Source: Octopus sinensis
Taxonomy: Eukaryota
Assembly: GCF_006345805.1 (NCBI RefSeq)
Contig: NC_042999.1
Location: forward strand, 83,452,001-83,516,000
Direction of reading: 5' to 3'
DNA: 64,000 nt
Shown: positions 38,182 to 51,402 of the stretch, one piece after another
Layout: every line of letters starts with the position of its first letter
How positions within the stretch are numbered: position 1 is the stretch's first letter
Translations under genes and position numbers: made by a program
The notes under the pieces: generated by a model
What the model was told of the DNA's origin: nothing
Databases searched by the model: none
The model's input: the letters and a program-made list of their open reading frames with translations, nothing else

Positions 38182-38390
38182 TTCACTCAGCTGGCAAAAT
38201 AGAGTAGTACCTGTATTTCAAATGGCCAACCTTGTCAGACTCTGTGTCACACTGAATCTCTGTGAGAATTACGTTAAGGGTACATTTGTCTGTGGAGTGC
38301 TCAGTCACATGCATGTTAATTTCTCAAGAAGGCTGTTCCGTCGATCGGATTAACTGGAACCCACGTTGTCGTAACCGAGAGAGTGCCATA
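38181..38390 (+). mobile_element. 3' half of a Nin/Deu-domain SINE
   Basis: GTTCACTCAGCTGGCAAAATAGAGTAGTACCTGTATTTCAAA then CCTTGTCAGACTCTGTGTCAC...; related decayed copy at about 2255-2480. Confidence 0.55.
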
Positions 38391-38409
38391 TAAGATTATA
38401 TAAAATATA

Positions 38410-38627
38410 CGAAGGGGTGCTGAAAAGCTCCTGGCTTTAAGGGTGTCGGGAAAGGCCTAATTGGAGGCCCAGCTTTCCGTCTTCTTTTATAGGGCTTAGA
38501 AAAACTGAAGGACCGCTACTTTAAGTCTTTGAATCTGAGACGGGAATATGTTGAATTAAATCATAATTAAACTGTTCCTCCTGTATTTTCTTTTACCCAA
38601 TGTCAGGAAGCTTTCAATACCCATTCA
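38410..38627 (+). mobile_element. Mariner-type MITE (218 bp)
   Basis: Imperfect TIRs CGAAGGGGTGCTGAAAAGCTCCTGGC and TGAATGGGTATTGAAAGCTTCCTGAC (reverse complement of right end), TA on both sides; internal DRYFKSLNLRREYVE* resembles the mariner transposase C-terminus. Confidence 0.75.
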
Positions 38628-40849
38628 TATATGTCAAACGTAACACTTCTTCCTTAAAGCATATTACAGAAGTATCCATCAAATAGTTAACAGGAAGTTA
38701 TAAATAAACATATTCTTAAATAGATATAGGTGTTAAGATGTGAAGGTACGCAGCCCAGTGGTTAGAGTTGCATTCAATCGCAAGATCGTAATTTAATACT
38801 CCTGGACCAGTGTGCATTGTGTTCTTGAAAAAAAAAAGTTTATTTATATTATTCCATGACACTCGGCGATAAAAGAGTAATCCTGTGACAAACTAGTGTC
38901 CCGTTTAGGCGGCATGTTTTGATCTGGGTTAATTATAAGGCAAGAAAACTAGGTGCTTGGCTCTATGAGTCCTTGAACTTGAGACAGCAAGTCCTTGAAC
39001 TAGATCCAGGAGACTAGATCCAGGAGACTTACTTTTTTATGGAATGATATGACATTGAGTATTTTCTTCAAACTGAAGGTGTTACTTGCTTCATCAGCTA
39101 GTTTTAATGCACGACACAGTAATGTTAACCAGTAATTCGCTCGTAGACACAGGTGACGGTTCGATTGCTAACGTTTGGAACGAGATGTTAGTATGAGACG
39201 AATTGAACGAATAAGATGGTAATTCCTATCTTAAGATAATTAAATATTAAATCTAAGGACTCAAATTTGCAAGGGAACATGTGACGCAAAGGGATTCAAT
39301 GGAATATATACTTTCCTGAGTCGAGCACAACATATATTAATTCATTTGACTTGACACAGATTATTTCGGAAGCAAATAACTCAGAGATTACAATATGTAA
39401 GCAAATTTAAAACTGCGAGAGTGGTCTATATATGACAAGGCATGGATCATAGTTAAGGAAAGATGAAAAATCAAATGCAATAATTATAAGTTTAAATACT
39501 TATTAGTGTTAAGGTATGACACACGCTTTACTTGTGTATGATATCATGAGCGGGCGCTTGAGCAACCTGAACATCAAAGATATAAGAGCTAAAAGGATTG
39601 AGGGGAAACAAATGGCTCTGTCATAGAAGTGTGTTCTTTATTTTATAGATTCAACTTTAATACAAGCTAGAGTATTTGCAGATAACCTCTGTAAACCAAA
39701 CCGCTATCGGCCGCTTGTAGATGCGTCCCACAGCAGTGCAGTTCGGCCAACAGGTACACACACGCGCGCGAACATATGTGTGTGCTTATATATATATATA
39801 TATATGTGTGTGTGTATACTTTTAGATATCAGTGTAAGTAAACATGAACGTACGTACATCCATATATACAAATGTAATCCGCTTGATTACATCACTATAT
39901 TAAACTGTAATGGATAAAGGATCCAATACAGATGTAAAATTAAAATATTTACTATCACTAGTGACTATTTACTTCGAAATTTCACCGATACTAGCTTCCT
40001 AGAACAGCGTTTGGTGAGATGAGATGTTCTCCATATATAATATGATTACGTATAGCGTAATGGTATTATCTAAATATACACATAATTGAAGGGAAGAAAA
40101 GTTTTGTTACAGGATGTAAAAAATTCAGTTTTAAATTAACATTCATATAAGTGCAGAAACACACACACACACACACACATGCATTTATATATTATATTTG
40201 CATTATTGTATGAATGTGTGTGTATGTGTGTGTGTGTGTGAGAGTGAGAGTCTGAGTGTGTATGTGAGTGTGTAGATAGAAAGATAGATAGATGCAGCCA
40301 TGACGAAAAATTGGACCAAACGAGAAAAAATAGATAGTTTGTCATCAGAGAAAAAAGTTTGTAGAAAAAAACAGAAAATTCATAAAGGTGAGAATCGAAA
40401 CCACTTGTGTCAAAATGCAATCAGACACGGGTAGTGACATCACTATCATAAATAAAGAAACATAACGACAAATCGGTAAGCTGAAATTATTTAAATCAAA
40501 TAAAGTAGCATATGGTGTTACAGGAAAGAAATTATATTTCTTCGGCGAAAGTATTTGCAATTTAACTTTTCGGGGTAAAACGAAAAGGACAATCATTTAT
40601 GTGCTGAAAAAAGTAATCACTAAACCTATTTGGCACAGAATGCATGGAGTTATTTAAAATGTGCGATATCCCCATTAGTGTTATCTGTGAAAATATAGTC
40701 GGCACGGTTAAAAGTTAGAACGAAGTCGAACAACTGAGACAAAAAATTTTTTTTAATGTTTCCAAATATTTTTTTGGAAGGATTACGCTGTTTCGCTAAA
40801 ACAAAAGCGAGGATCGTGGTAAAAGAAAAGGCTATACTTGTTTTCAGGC

Positions 40850-42483
40850 ACAAACGGAACGTGCGTTTGGGGCGTTGGACCAGGTCAATAAAGAACTAGA
40901 AAGACTAAAAAGTCTATCTGTAATTGGAAAAGTCGACCATTCAGACTGGACAGCTCCGATGGTTTATATGTAAAGAAAAAACAACAACATTAAACTAAGA
41001 GTGTGTGCAAACTTTTCAACTGGATTGAGTGACTGTTTAGTCGAACACAGTTATCCATCATCAAACCCAGAAGTGTTCTCAAAACTAAATCGAGGAAGAG
41101 GCCTATCTATAGATACAGGTAGGGGAAGATTGCGCACACCTTTTAACAATCAACACACACCGTGGATTGTATAAATTCAAGCGGCTTCCCTTTGGAGCAA
41201 AAGTGGCACCTGCCATATTCCAACAAGTAATGGACATAACGTTAAATGATTGCAACTTCGCTATTGCTTCTATCGATGATATTTTGATAAAGAGTGAGTC
41301 AGTAGAGCAACACTTCGAACGTTATTCGGAAAAATAAATGATTACGGGCTTAGACTAACTGGGGGCGAAGGCCAGGCCCACCAAGGGCGACGGCAATACG
41401 GAGTATGCCTCCGCCAACGAACATAAAATTGTTACAGGCATTAAACTACTACCAAGTATATTTCCCGAACATACACAACGCAACGAGCTGTTAAAAATAG
41501 ATGCTAAATGGTTTTGGTCACAAAAATGCCAGAAGGCATTTGAGGAACTGAAAAATATGTTAACTTCAGAATTGTCGCTTTCACGCTTCGATCCGAAGTT
41601 GGAAACGATACCGGCAACAGATGCTAGTGAGTACGGAGTAGTGCCGTACTCCTGTACAGATGTGAAGATGACAGCCAAAAGCTATAGCGCACGCGTCATG
41701 GACGCTGTCGCCAGCGGAAAAAAAATTATAGCCAAATTGAAAAAGAGGCATTGGCGATTATATTTGGCATAAAAAAAGTTCCACGGGTTTATACATGGTA
41801 GACAGTTTAGACTACAAAGGGACCATCGCCTTTGCTAGCGATTTATGGATCCAAGAAAGGAATCCTAGGTTGCAGCGATGGGGCAGCATATTACTAAACT
41901 ATGAATACACGATGGAATATTTAACTTCGAAAAAGCTAGGAAATGCTGACGACTTATCTAGGTTAATACCCAGAAATGGCGAAACATTCGAGGACACAGT
42001 AATAGCAGTCCTAAGAGCCGAAGGGGAAATTAAACACATAATGTAGAACATTGTACAAGAGTTACCAATAACGCTGGAGGAGATAAAGCGTCACGCGTCA
42101 AAAGATAGGGTCTTTAATGAAAAAAAAAAACAACTCTGTAGCCAACTAAAGAAAACAAAAATAGGTTTAGTAAGAAAAAAACAGCAACAGGTAAACATAT
42201 ATTTAACATGGTAGTGGTACCTGAAACTTTACAAAAAAAATTGTTGAAAGAATTCCATATTGGACATCCGGGGATTGCAAGGATGAAAGCACTTATGTGT
42301 ATTGGTTGAAGATGGACGAGGAAGTTAAAACCTAGTAAAAGGCTGCAGAGGATGTGCTCTGGCAATGAAATTGCCTTCTAAAAGATGGGAGTTTTGACCA
42401 GAAGTAAAAAGTCCACGGTCAAGACTACATATCAATTTTGCGGTTCCGCTAAATAGTTATTACTACTTAGTAGTAGTTGACAG
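40850..42483 (+). mobile_element. Degenerate Ty3/Gypsy pol remnant (RT-RNase H-integrase start)
   Basis: DHSDWTAPMV; LRVCANFSTGL; INTHRGLYKFKRLPFGAKVAPAIFQQVMD; SIDDILI; TDASEYGV; RLQRWGSILLNYEY; LLKEFHIGHPGIARMKAL; SRLHINFA, in Gypsy order. Multiple stops and deletions; no LTR pair identified. Confidence 0.9.
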
Positions 42484-44261
42484 AAAATAACCGGATTTTA
42501 TAGAATAGATATAAGTGTGGTGTGTGTGTGTGTGTACTTATGTATGCATACAAAAGAGTTTACCTCTAGTGGATGAATATTTGAACTACCAAATGGAAGG
42601 GCGATAATTCAGTATATTTGCTATGTAACGTTCATTAGTGTAAACAAACTGAATACAGTAGCTACATTAATTCCTCTCGTATTCATTACTTGAAAACATA
42701 GCATATCGTTACTTAATGTCGGTGTGTGATGTAAGTCCACGGCTAGGAGGAATTAGTGTATAACTGGAAAAAATAAAGATGTTGTGTGTACATCATCGCA
42801 CGGCCGAAACACTACATGACATACGACTGCTCTTTTAATGCTTACAACATCAGTAGCACAAGTACCAGCCCTGCAATCACGTCTTTTATTTACTAAGATG
42901 AAATAAAGTTTGCTTGGATAAAACAACAACAATAAGAGAAATGAAGAATTTGTGACGTACAGGCGATTGTCAATACTGTTAACAATATTAATGAAGTAAC
43001 ATTAATTTCAATCAGTGCTGTACATCAACAATATAAGATGTGATTGCTTTAACCAAGTAGAAGATATTAGACGAATTTGACGCTGCCTGAATCAGCCGCA
43101 GAATATTATTGGCTATTAGTTAATAGACACGGCAACCATTACCACAAGCATCCACATGGATAACAATTAAAGTCGACATTACTTAAAGTAACAAAATAAA
43201 AAAAAAATTAATCTATTTTAATCCAGTATCCTCCAGTTTTAGACTATCCAACCTGTATTTTTTAAAATTTTATTGCTATCTTCATTGATTGTATACGCGA
43301 GTCAGTTATCCCCAGGCTTCTCACATTTATAGAGGCGGGTAAATATTTTTATTCTAAATCTTAAGAGTGAGTGTGAAAATGTTTGTTTGGTTGCTTAATG
43401 TGAGAGAAAATTTATAAGAACCAGTTTATCGTTTAGTTTTGTTAACTGCTGTGTTATTGTCGTTGTATGTGTCGTTAATGTTTTGTGTATTTTTCTTTAG
43501 AAATACCTGCAAGCAACCGTGATTGGTTAATTGCAAGTACTCAACAACGTGGCGAACACGGGGAGTACACGCACTGAACAACACACACAAAAATACACAC
43601 GTACGCACATTCACACGCTCAAAGGCACAGACGCATACACACATACACAACCGCATATATCACATATATAATACATGAATGTATGTATATGTATTCACAT
43701 ATATTTGCGTGTACATATGCTTACGTATACAAGCACACACACATATACACACATACATAGTCTCTGTATCTGTCTCTCTGTCTATATACATTCCCAGATA
43801 TATATACGGAGATGTACTTGCATAGCAAGTGACCTGATCTGAGATTGTGTGCTGGAACGAAAACAATTGCAGCGTGGAGAGGTGTTTATAAGCTATTTAA
43901 GAAACACAGAAAAACATATATATATGTAGGTATGTATACAGATATATATATGTATATAGATATATATATTCATACTCTGTGTGTGTGTGTGCGTGCGTGT
44001 TGTTGCAAGAAATCTTCATTTAAAAATGTTAGTACTTTCAAAAAGTTAGTACACGGTTTCAGATACCATGGGAAAAAAAAAACATTAATAATAATCCAAA
44101 AACGAGAATGATTTCTTTCATTGTTTTACTATCCTTTTTTTTTTCATATTTCCTAACTATAAAGGTTTTATACTTTTTAATTCGGACTGTAAATTGTTAT
44201 ATTGTTAGAATTTATTAAAAATTGTATATCAAACTGTGTACAATTATTTACGGATATAATC

Positions 44262-45575
44262 TTTTTACTTCTTCCACTTGTTTCAGTTATTTGACTGTGG
44301 CCATGCTGGGGCACTACATTGAAGAGTTTTAGTTGAACAAATGGACCTTAGGACATTTTTTTTCAAAGCCTGGTGCTTATTCTATCGGTCGCTTTAGAGG
44401 AACCGCTAGGCTGCACGAACGTGAACACCCTAACACTGGTTGTCAAGCTGTGATGGAGGAAAAACACCGACAAACACATACACATGCACACACATACACA
44501 TACATATGAGGTCTGATTAATAAATATCCGGACTGTTGCCATAGTAACGAATCTAAAGCAAACAGAGTGAAGCCGCTGGGTAAAAGTTGACCTTAAACTC
44601 TGCTGTGCATGTGCACTAAATGTTAATGTTCTAGCTAACTTCCACTGTTTATAGCAGTGCTTTGTAGGAAGGTGTGTAGCGTGTGATTATCGCATTGACC
44701 ATGACAGGGAAAAGTTATCATGACGATACCTGTTCAGAGACCTACACAAAGTTGCAGAAAGTGTATGGAGAGGAGTGTATGAGCTGAACACAAGAGTACG
44801 AGTGTTTCAAACGTTTCCAAAATGGCCGAAAAAATGTCGATATTGACGAATTTTATGGGAGACCCGCAACCAGTAGAACTGAGAAAAAAGAATCGCAGAT
44901 GTGCGTGCAGCTGTGAGGGAAAATCGTCGAATTATCATCCATGAGTTATCAGAGGATGTGCATATTAGTTACGATTCAGTTCAGTCCATTATCACAAATT
45001 CTGGTATGAGATGCGTGTTTGCTAAGTTTGTGCCAAAACTGCTTTCAGCTGACCAAAAAGACACTCGGGTTTCAGTTGCACAAGATCTCCTTGATTGTGT
45101 CGAGAACGATAAAAACTTTTTGAAAACTTTGCGTAGGCCTCTGAGCAGGTATCGCCAAGCTTTTGGCAAAATTTGAGGCAGATTCTCTGTTCAACTTTCT
45201 CTGTCATTGTCAATGTGACGAAGACGCTCTACATACCTTCCTTTCAAGTACTGCTGTTAACAGCGGAAGTGAGCTAGAACGTTAAAACTTAGTGCGCATG
45301 CACAGCCGAGTTCATGGTCAATCTGTGCCATGCAGCTTTACTCTGCATGCTTTAGCTTCGTCACTATGGCAACAGTCTAGATACTTATTGATCAGACCAC
45401 GTATATAGTTATACACGACGAAGTTCTTTCAGTTTCCGTCTACCAAATCCACTTACAAAGCTTTGATCGGCCCGAGACTATAGTAGAAGAAGCTTACACA
45501 GAGTGCCACGCAGTGGGTCCGAACTCTTAAACATGTGGTTCTGAAGCAAGCTTCTTACCACACAACCACACCTGC
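44262..45575 (-). mobile_element. SINE family B split by the mariner derivative (3' half about 44262-44500, 5' half about 45406-45575)
   Basis: Tail motifs left of 44505 and head/CORE motifs (TTTCCGTCTACCAAATCCAC...CTTACCACACAACCAC) right of 45403 are collinear with the intact 11515-11908 copy. Confidence 0.8.
44507..45401. mobile_element. Mariner deletion derivative with two left ends in inverted orientation
   Basis: TA at 44505-44506 and 45402-45403. Arms of roughly 250-280 bp are diverged inverted copies, each with the transposase start (minus: MTEKVEQRICLKFCQKLGDTCSEAY). Plus strand continues ..RENRRIIIHELSED..AKFVPKLLSADQK..DCVENDKNFLK, then joins the inverted left end near 45122. Confidence 0.85.
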
Positions 45576-46962
45576 ATTTAGGCACAATTAAAATAATTTT
45601 TTTTAGTAACGACAACTGTCCTGTATATACTGTTTATATATTTTTGTATGTGATGTAGAGTGGTTTTCCGGTACTTTTTTAAGATACTGGTAGTGTATTA
45701 TAAGTGAACATGATTTTCTATCTAGATATACAAATTTGGGAAATGACATGTGCTATTTGTTCCGGCTTTTTATTTTCGGCTTTCAAATCCCATGGAGGTT
45801 AAGTTTGCCTTCCATCATTTCGATGTTGATAAAATAAAATACCAATCAACTTCGGGGGTCGATGTAATTCGCAAGAGCCCCTCCTCTTAAAACTGCTTGA
45901 CTTGTACCTTCATTTGATCCCCACCATTTATATATACTTGTATCAAGCTTTTTGCTGTTGACACCCCCGAAATGATTAACCTCATCGATAATGGTGCGAA
46001 AATGTGATGACATTTGGCCGATAGCTGATGAGGGATGAGTATATCAAAGTCGCATGTGTGATTTTTCGGTGTGTTCCTTTGTTGTCACAGAATTCATGCT
46101 GTGCCAGAAAATAAGAGTAAAAACTCACTCAATGTCGAACCAAACACTGACTTCTGCTCTAACCACTGGGCCATTGCGCCTCCACAAATATAACATATAC
46201 AGCTAAATAATAGGATAGTATTTCATAAGTCATCCAATTAAAATTATCGATAACCAAAATCTAAAATACTTTACAGATCATAGAAACCTGGGAAAATTTA
46301 ACTTAACGTATGTATCTGTATTACATTAAAAAGTAGTATAAATAATCTCACAAAAATTACTACAGAGAAAAGTTATAATTAAAGTTAGTTGCGTTCAACA
46401 ATGAAATGTTTCTACGTGTTCGGCACCCGGACAATTCCAAGTATCTCCGGTTGCACACACTCACTCACACACACACACACACGCAAACACACACAGATAT
46501 ACAAATACAAACAATATAACACACACAAGATTTAACGTATACCGTATAGAGTAAAACATGCATTTAGTATCAATATTTCTAAATACATAATATAATCATG
46601 CACATATGCATACGTATGTGTGTATGTATGTATATATGTGTGTATGTATTTATGTCAGGTCACTTTTGAGTGCTACTGGTAACATGTAACCCAGTACAAC
46701 CTGTTGCATGGCCGGGTCGTCGGCGACTAAACAGGCAATCCCACCAAGCTTGCTTGGTGAGAGGGTGTTTATTGGTCACGAAAGGTGTATATTAGCTTGA
46801 CGCTCGATGGAAGGAGAGAGGGAAAAGTTGAAAGAAGGAGGAGAAGAAGAAATCGCCAACAGACCATATGTAGTTACATTGCTATATACGATAGTGTGAC
46901 TCTGGTTCGGAACTTCCACAAAACTCTCTGGAAGTTTCGAACTAGAGTCATGTGTGTGTGTA

Positions 46963-47776
46963 TACCGTATGTACACCTGTAAAAGTTGAATTTTCTAGAC
47001 CATTTTTAGGTGAAATTTATGGGGGGTCGACTCTTACATGGACACTACTTTTGAGGGGCTGAAACTTAAGCTAGACTCCAAAGTACCGTATCAGTAGCAG
47101 AAGCCCAACTAATGATGATGATGATGATTATACAAGCCTCTAAAAGATGAAATTGCATGAATGTCGACAATGAAGGAAGTAACTGTCATCTCGATAGTTT
47201 TAGGGATAATGGGATCATTAACAACTAGGTCTGAGAAATTTGTTGGAGACCTTGGGATTTGGGGTGAGGTAGTATATGCTCAGAAAATCCGCTCTGTTGA
47301 GGACAGCAAGGATTTTGAGATTAGTACTTGGATGTCAAGTATCATGGAAAGAGACGCCTGTAAGACATTTGAAAACAGGTTTCTGTTTGCACTTGCTCAG
47401 TGCAAATGAAATCGAGATTGCAGTGAAATAGAAAAATATGCTTGCAGCATATCCTGTGCATGCATTTTAGTAATGGTGATATAGCACCCATCAACAGATG
47501 TGTAGTGCTCACTGTTATATGGTACTTTACTATAAATACTGAGCATTCCATTATAAGCACCGTGCATTCCACCTATTGTGCAGGTCACAGAATTTTGTAA
47601 CAGTATTATTTCTACGTACAATATAATATGGTACCTTGACCCACAAATGTTTTCCTGCTGTTCGTGAAATACTAGGGTCCACTTTTATATGGATCTATGG
47701 AAACTTCCCAATTCTTTACCCCAAAATAGGGGTCGACGTTTACATGAGATCGACTATTACTCGAGTATATATACGG

Positions 47777-47778
<2 letters not shown>
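46963..47778. mobile_element. Tc1/pogo-type MITE with TACCGTA-type ends, interrupted by other sequence
   Basis: Left TACCGTATGTACACCTGTAAAAGTTGA vs reverse complement of right end TACCGTATATATACTCGAGTAATAGTCGA; subterminal GGGGTCGAC motifs near both ends. Confidence 0.5.
47120..47340 (+). mobile_element. R4/Dong-clade RLE C-terminal fragment
   Basis: YKPLKDEIA*MSTMKEVTVISIVLGIMG..YAQK resembles KY..LK.EI.RMW..K.V.VVPIV.GALG; preceded by (GAT)n. Confidence 0.65.
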
Positions 47779-47808
<30 letters not shown>

Positions 47809-49497
47809 TGTATGTATGTATGTGTATATATAAAACGAATGAGAGACAGAAACAATCGTTTCGACCCATCTTGCATTGGACCCCTTCGCGCGACATTCTG
47901 GACAACTGGCTGTGGTGCATCCGTCGGTGCAGATGTGTTTCGTCAGGTGACTTTTCAAAAGGTACCTAGCTCAATAAAATCGGTTTCCCTTAGTTCGATT
48001 ATAATACATTTCGTCATTTACCTGTAGCTGGTTGCGTACAGCGTATCGTATTTGGAATGATTTTAAACAGCATACTTCCGCGTGTATACCAAAATTTAAA
48101 ACTATTACTTTATATACATGTTTGTGTGTGCGCACGTACGCGTGAGTGAGTGCATATGTACACTACATAAATGCATACAAACATGCAAGTGTGTGTTCGT
48201 GATAAGCTAAAGGAAAATGGCGTACGATAATCAATAGTTTTGGGAACCCATGACAACCATAGAAACCAAATCATCTGGAACTGTATTGTGAGGATTGGAG
48301 GGGGTTAGTTTGCCATCCTTAATGACCTCGATATTGAATGTTTTCAAACCTGGCCATTTTTTCTTTACAGTGGAGCGACGAAACTACGACTTGTTAACGG
48401 TATAGAAACTGTGAATATATGAAGAATATTCTGGCAGTATTCTTGTTGACTACTCTGATGCTATAACCAAGTTCTGCAAATCTCCTGATGGCGCACCAAA
48501 ACAGAAATTTGTGCAGAAATTTGTGCAGGAGGTTACGTGGTGTAACTTGATTTTGAAAACAACATAAAGTTACAGGGCGAGGAATTATGAATTTAATAGC
48601 AACAACCTTACAAAATATACTGTTTATATATTTCGTATGAATATAATTATCTACTGGTATTTTTACACGCTAGCAGTGAGCTTGAATTGGTTTCTATACA
48701 AATTTAAATGTGAAACTATTAAAGAATAAATTATCTTTTATTTTCCATGGTATTTGAAATAATATATCTTTCAGAGTTGAAATTCCTGGTATTTGTAATG
48801 TACGCATGGCGTAAGCACTTGCACAATAAAGATTGAAGTCGAATGTTCGTTTAAGTGTAGTTGTGTCAACGTACTGAAAACCACTTTTGTGCTGTGCGTT
48901 AAACGAATACTGCAATACACAGTTAAAAAGCATTATTGTGTAGTATTGTATATTTGCATGCTCGAACTGATCCTGGCTGCTGATTAATTATGCAGCAAGT
49001 GGAAATTTAGGTGTAAATTTCAGATGAAATATCAAGTATGTATCCCTTATATTTCAGGGCGCAGCTCACTGATTTTAGATCTAGGCTTTAAGAGTAACAG
49101 TAAGAAATTAAGAGTTAGATATCTTCATTGTTACAACTACGTAACGTCTAGAATATGAAAGATAATTTTATTGAAAGAAATTAGGTCCCTGAAGTGCATG
49201 TGTAAAACCATTGTTGGGTCTCATTCTACAAGTTTGAAAGCAAATGTACCAGGCTTTTAGAACCAGAATCGGCTGCTGGTTAGAAGTTGGGCCTGTTAAG
49301 TAAGCAGTCTGCCTCTTAGTTTGTAGGCTTAGATGGGGTTTCAAATTAAATATTAAAATTTATTAAAGCTACATTGTCAGCCTTTTCTTTTAGAAAGCAT
49401 ATATGCCCGTTATTTGTATCAAAGTGATCCATTCTGTGATGTGTCACATCTTAAGACTTTTATCAGCCTTCGGTTGTACCTGCTTTATGAAATCCTC

Positions 49498-49698
49498 TAT
49501 TTCTTTACTACCCACAAGGGGCTAAACACAGAGAGGACAGACAAGGAGATTAAGTCGATTACATCGACCCCAGTGCGTAACTGGTACTTAATTTATTGAA
49601 CCCGAAAGGATGAAAGGCAAAGTCGACCTCGGCGGAATTTGAACTCAGAACGTAACGGCAGACGAAATACGGCTACGCATTTCGTCTGGCGTGCTAAT
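49498..49698 (-). mobile_element. SINE family A (tail type 1), 5'-clipped
   Basis: Reverse complement has B-box, Meta-like core and type-1 tail. Confidence 0.85.
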
Positions 49699-51214
49699 CC
49701 GCTCTATGGAGCAAGATATGTCACCTCGGTAGAAGAAGAGCCCAGAGAAGTATTGGAAGGGTGTGTCTTTTCATCATTTGCTTGGGATTGGTCTACTCAA
49801 TAAGTGACATGGAAAAGATGTAAATAAAGAACATGGAAAAAAGAATGCAAAAAAAAAAAAAAAGAAGCGAAAGGAACTTTGCCGTGTGTACTTGATTTAG
49901 GTGCCGATTCTCCGCTTGCAATTTCAGGGGTCTCTAATTGGAATGTGTCCAGAACATAGATATATTTAAAGAATTGTAATTTAAAAATTCTTATAAGCAA
50001 ACAAAGAAAGCCTGTTATTAGTCTGCAATATTTTCTCCTCTGAAGCTTTGCGGTTACACACCCGTTATAATGCTGTTTCAGTTGATGCCTTTGCATTTAC
50101 GATTAATGTAAACTTCGTTCTAAAGCATTCTTGCTCTATACTTCAACTTTCAGATACACTTTGTTACTATGTTTGTAAAGTGGAGTTGTACTTGCTCTTG
50201 TATCAAAATGAATGTGTTTGCTATGCGTATCTTGTTTTAAAGGAATTTTCGGCGAGTTTGATGTATGTTTACTGGCTCTATACACAATTTACTTTGAGAA
50301 ATGCTTATTGAAAAGGGGGGAATTATTTATATTTCTATAATTAAGTTTATTTTAAAGTGATCTGCATAGTCTTTCGAGCTACTTGATAGTGTTGAAAATT
50401 TGAAAATTCTATATTGGTTAATCAGCTTTTTACACCATAGCTACCGACTAACGTTAATGAGAAAACTCAGAAGTAACTGCTTATGAATTTATTCAAGTAA
50501 AATAACTATATTCTTCAATAATAAAATTACATTAATTTATTTAGTAATTGCTTCCCGTTTGTCACCACCAATGTTTACAAAAATAAACACACACTCGCAC
50601 GCAACCAGACGTACGCATGCACACACACACACTCACACAAACACAAATTTACGCGTGCGCACAGACATGAATTAAAACTCCTACCGTGAGTGTAAGTGTT
50701 GTAGTGTTGTATGTTACATAACTGTTCTATAGATATAAGACATAATTAACCTACAGATATAAGAACTCAGCAAGACACTTTCTGGCATTTTAAAGTTGAA
50801 TGCTGACCTAACCAAGCTCATACTTTGTAGATTTCTTCTCCGCTGGAGAACTTCGATACCTATGTTGTTCGAACAGGTTTCACCGTAGGCGTCAAATGTT
50901 AATGGCAGAATTGTACTCATGCTCCACATTCTTGCCGCTTCGATAGGTAAATACATTTTCGAATAATAGAGCATGATGCATCAATCAAAAACTGAATTTT
51001 GATTTTAAAAATTTCTAAATCTGGCAATATGTCTGTCTCATATAATCCCTTTCTTTGTACAAGTCACTGGTTTTAAATTAATTTCTTGCATGATTTACCT
51101 GTCTGTTTACAGTATTTTATCAAACAATTGTTGATTTTTCCTTATCTTATTTTAATTTTAATGAACATCTTCTCCATAGTTTATTTCTTCCTGTTGCTTC
51201 TAATTATGAATTTC

Positions 51215-51402
51215 AAATTTTGGCACAAGGCCACCAGTTTCGATGAAGCGATACTTACTACAACTGATACTTATTTTATCGACCCCGGGAGGATGAAAGG
51301 CAAAGTAGATCTCGGCGAAATATGAACTCGGAACATAAAAGCGGACGAAATGCTGCTAAGCATTTTGCCCGGCGCGCTAACGATTCAGACAACTCACCGC
51401 CT
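51215..51402 (-). mobile_element. SINE family A (tail type 2)
   Basis: Reverse complement GGCGGTGAGTTGTCTGAATCGTTAG head, core and GGCCTTGTGCCAAAATTTGAAATTC tail. Confidence 0.75.

Noticed and set aside
46020-46060. CTGATGAG as a second hammerhead core
   Set aside because: No stem II closed by GAAA follows.
46650-46870. Possible solo LTR starting TGTCAGG
   Set aside because: No partner LTR, TSD, PBS or PPT, and no link to the Gypsy remnant.
47850-47950. GC-rich patch ending CAG|GTGACT as a possible exon
   Set aside because: No clear acceptor and no recognisable peptide in any frame.
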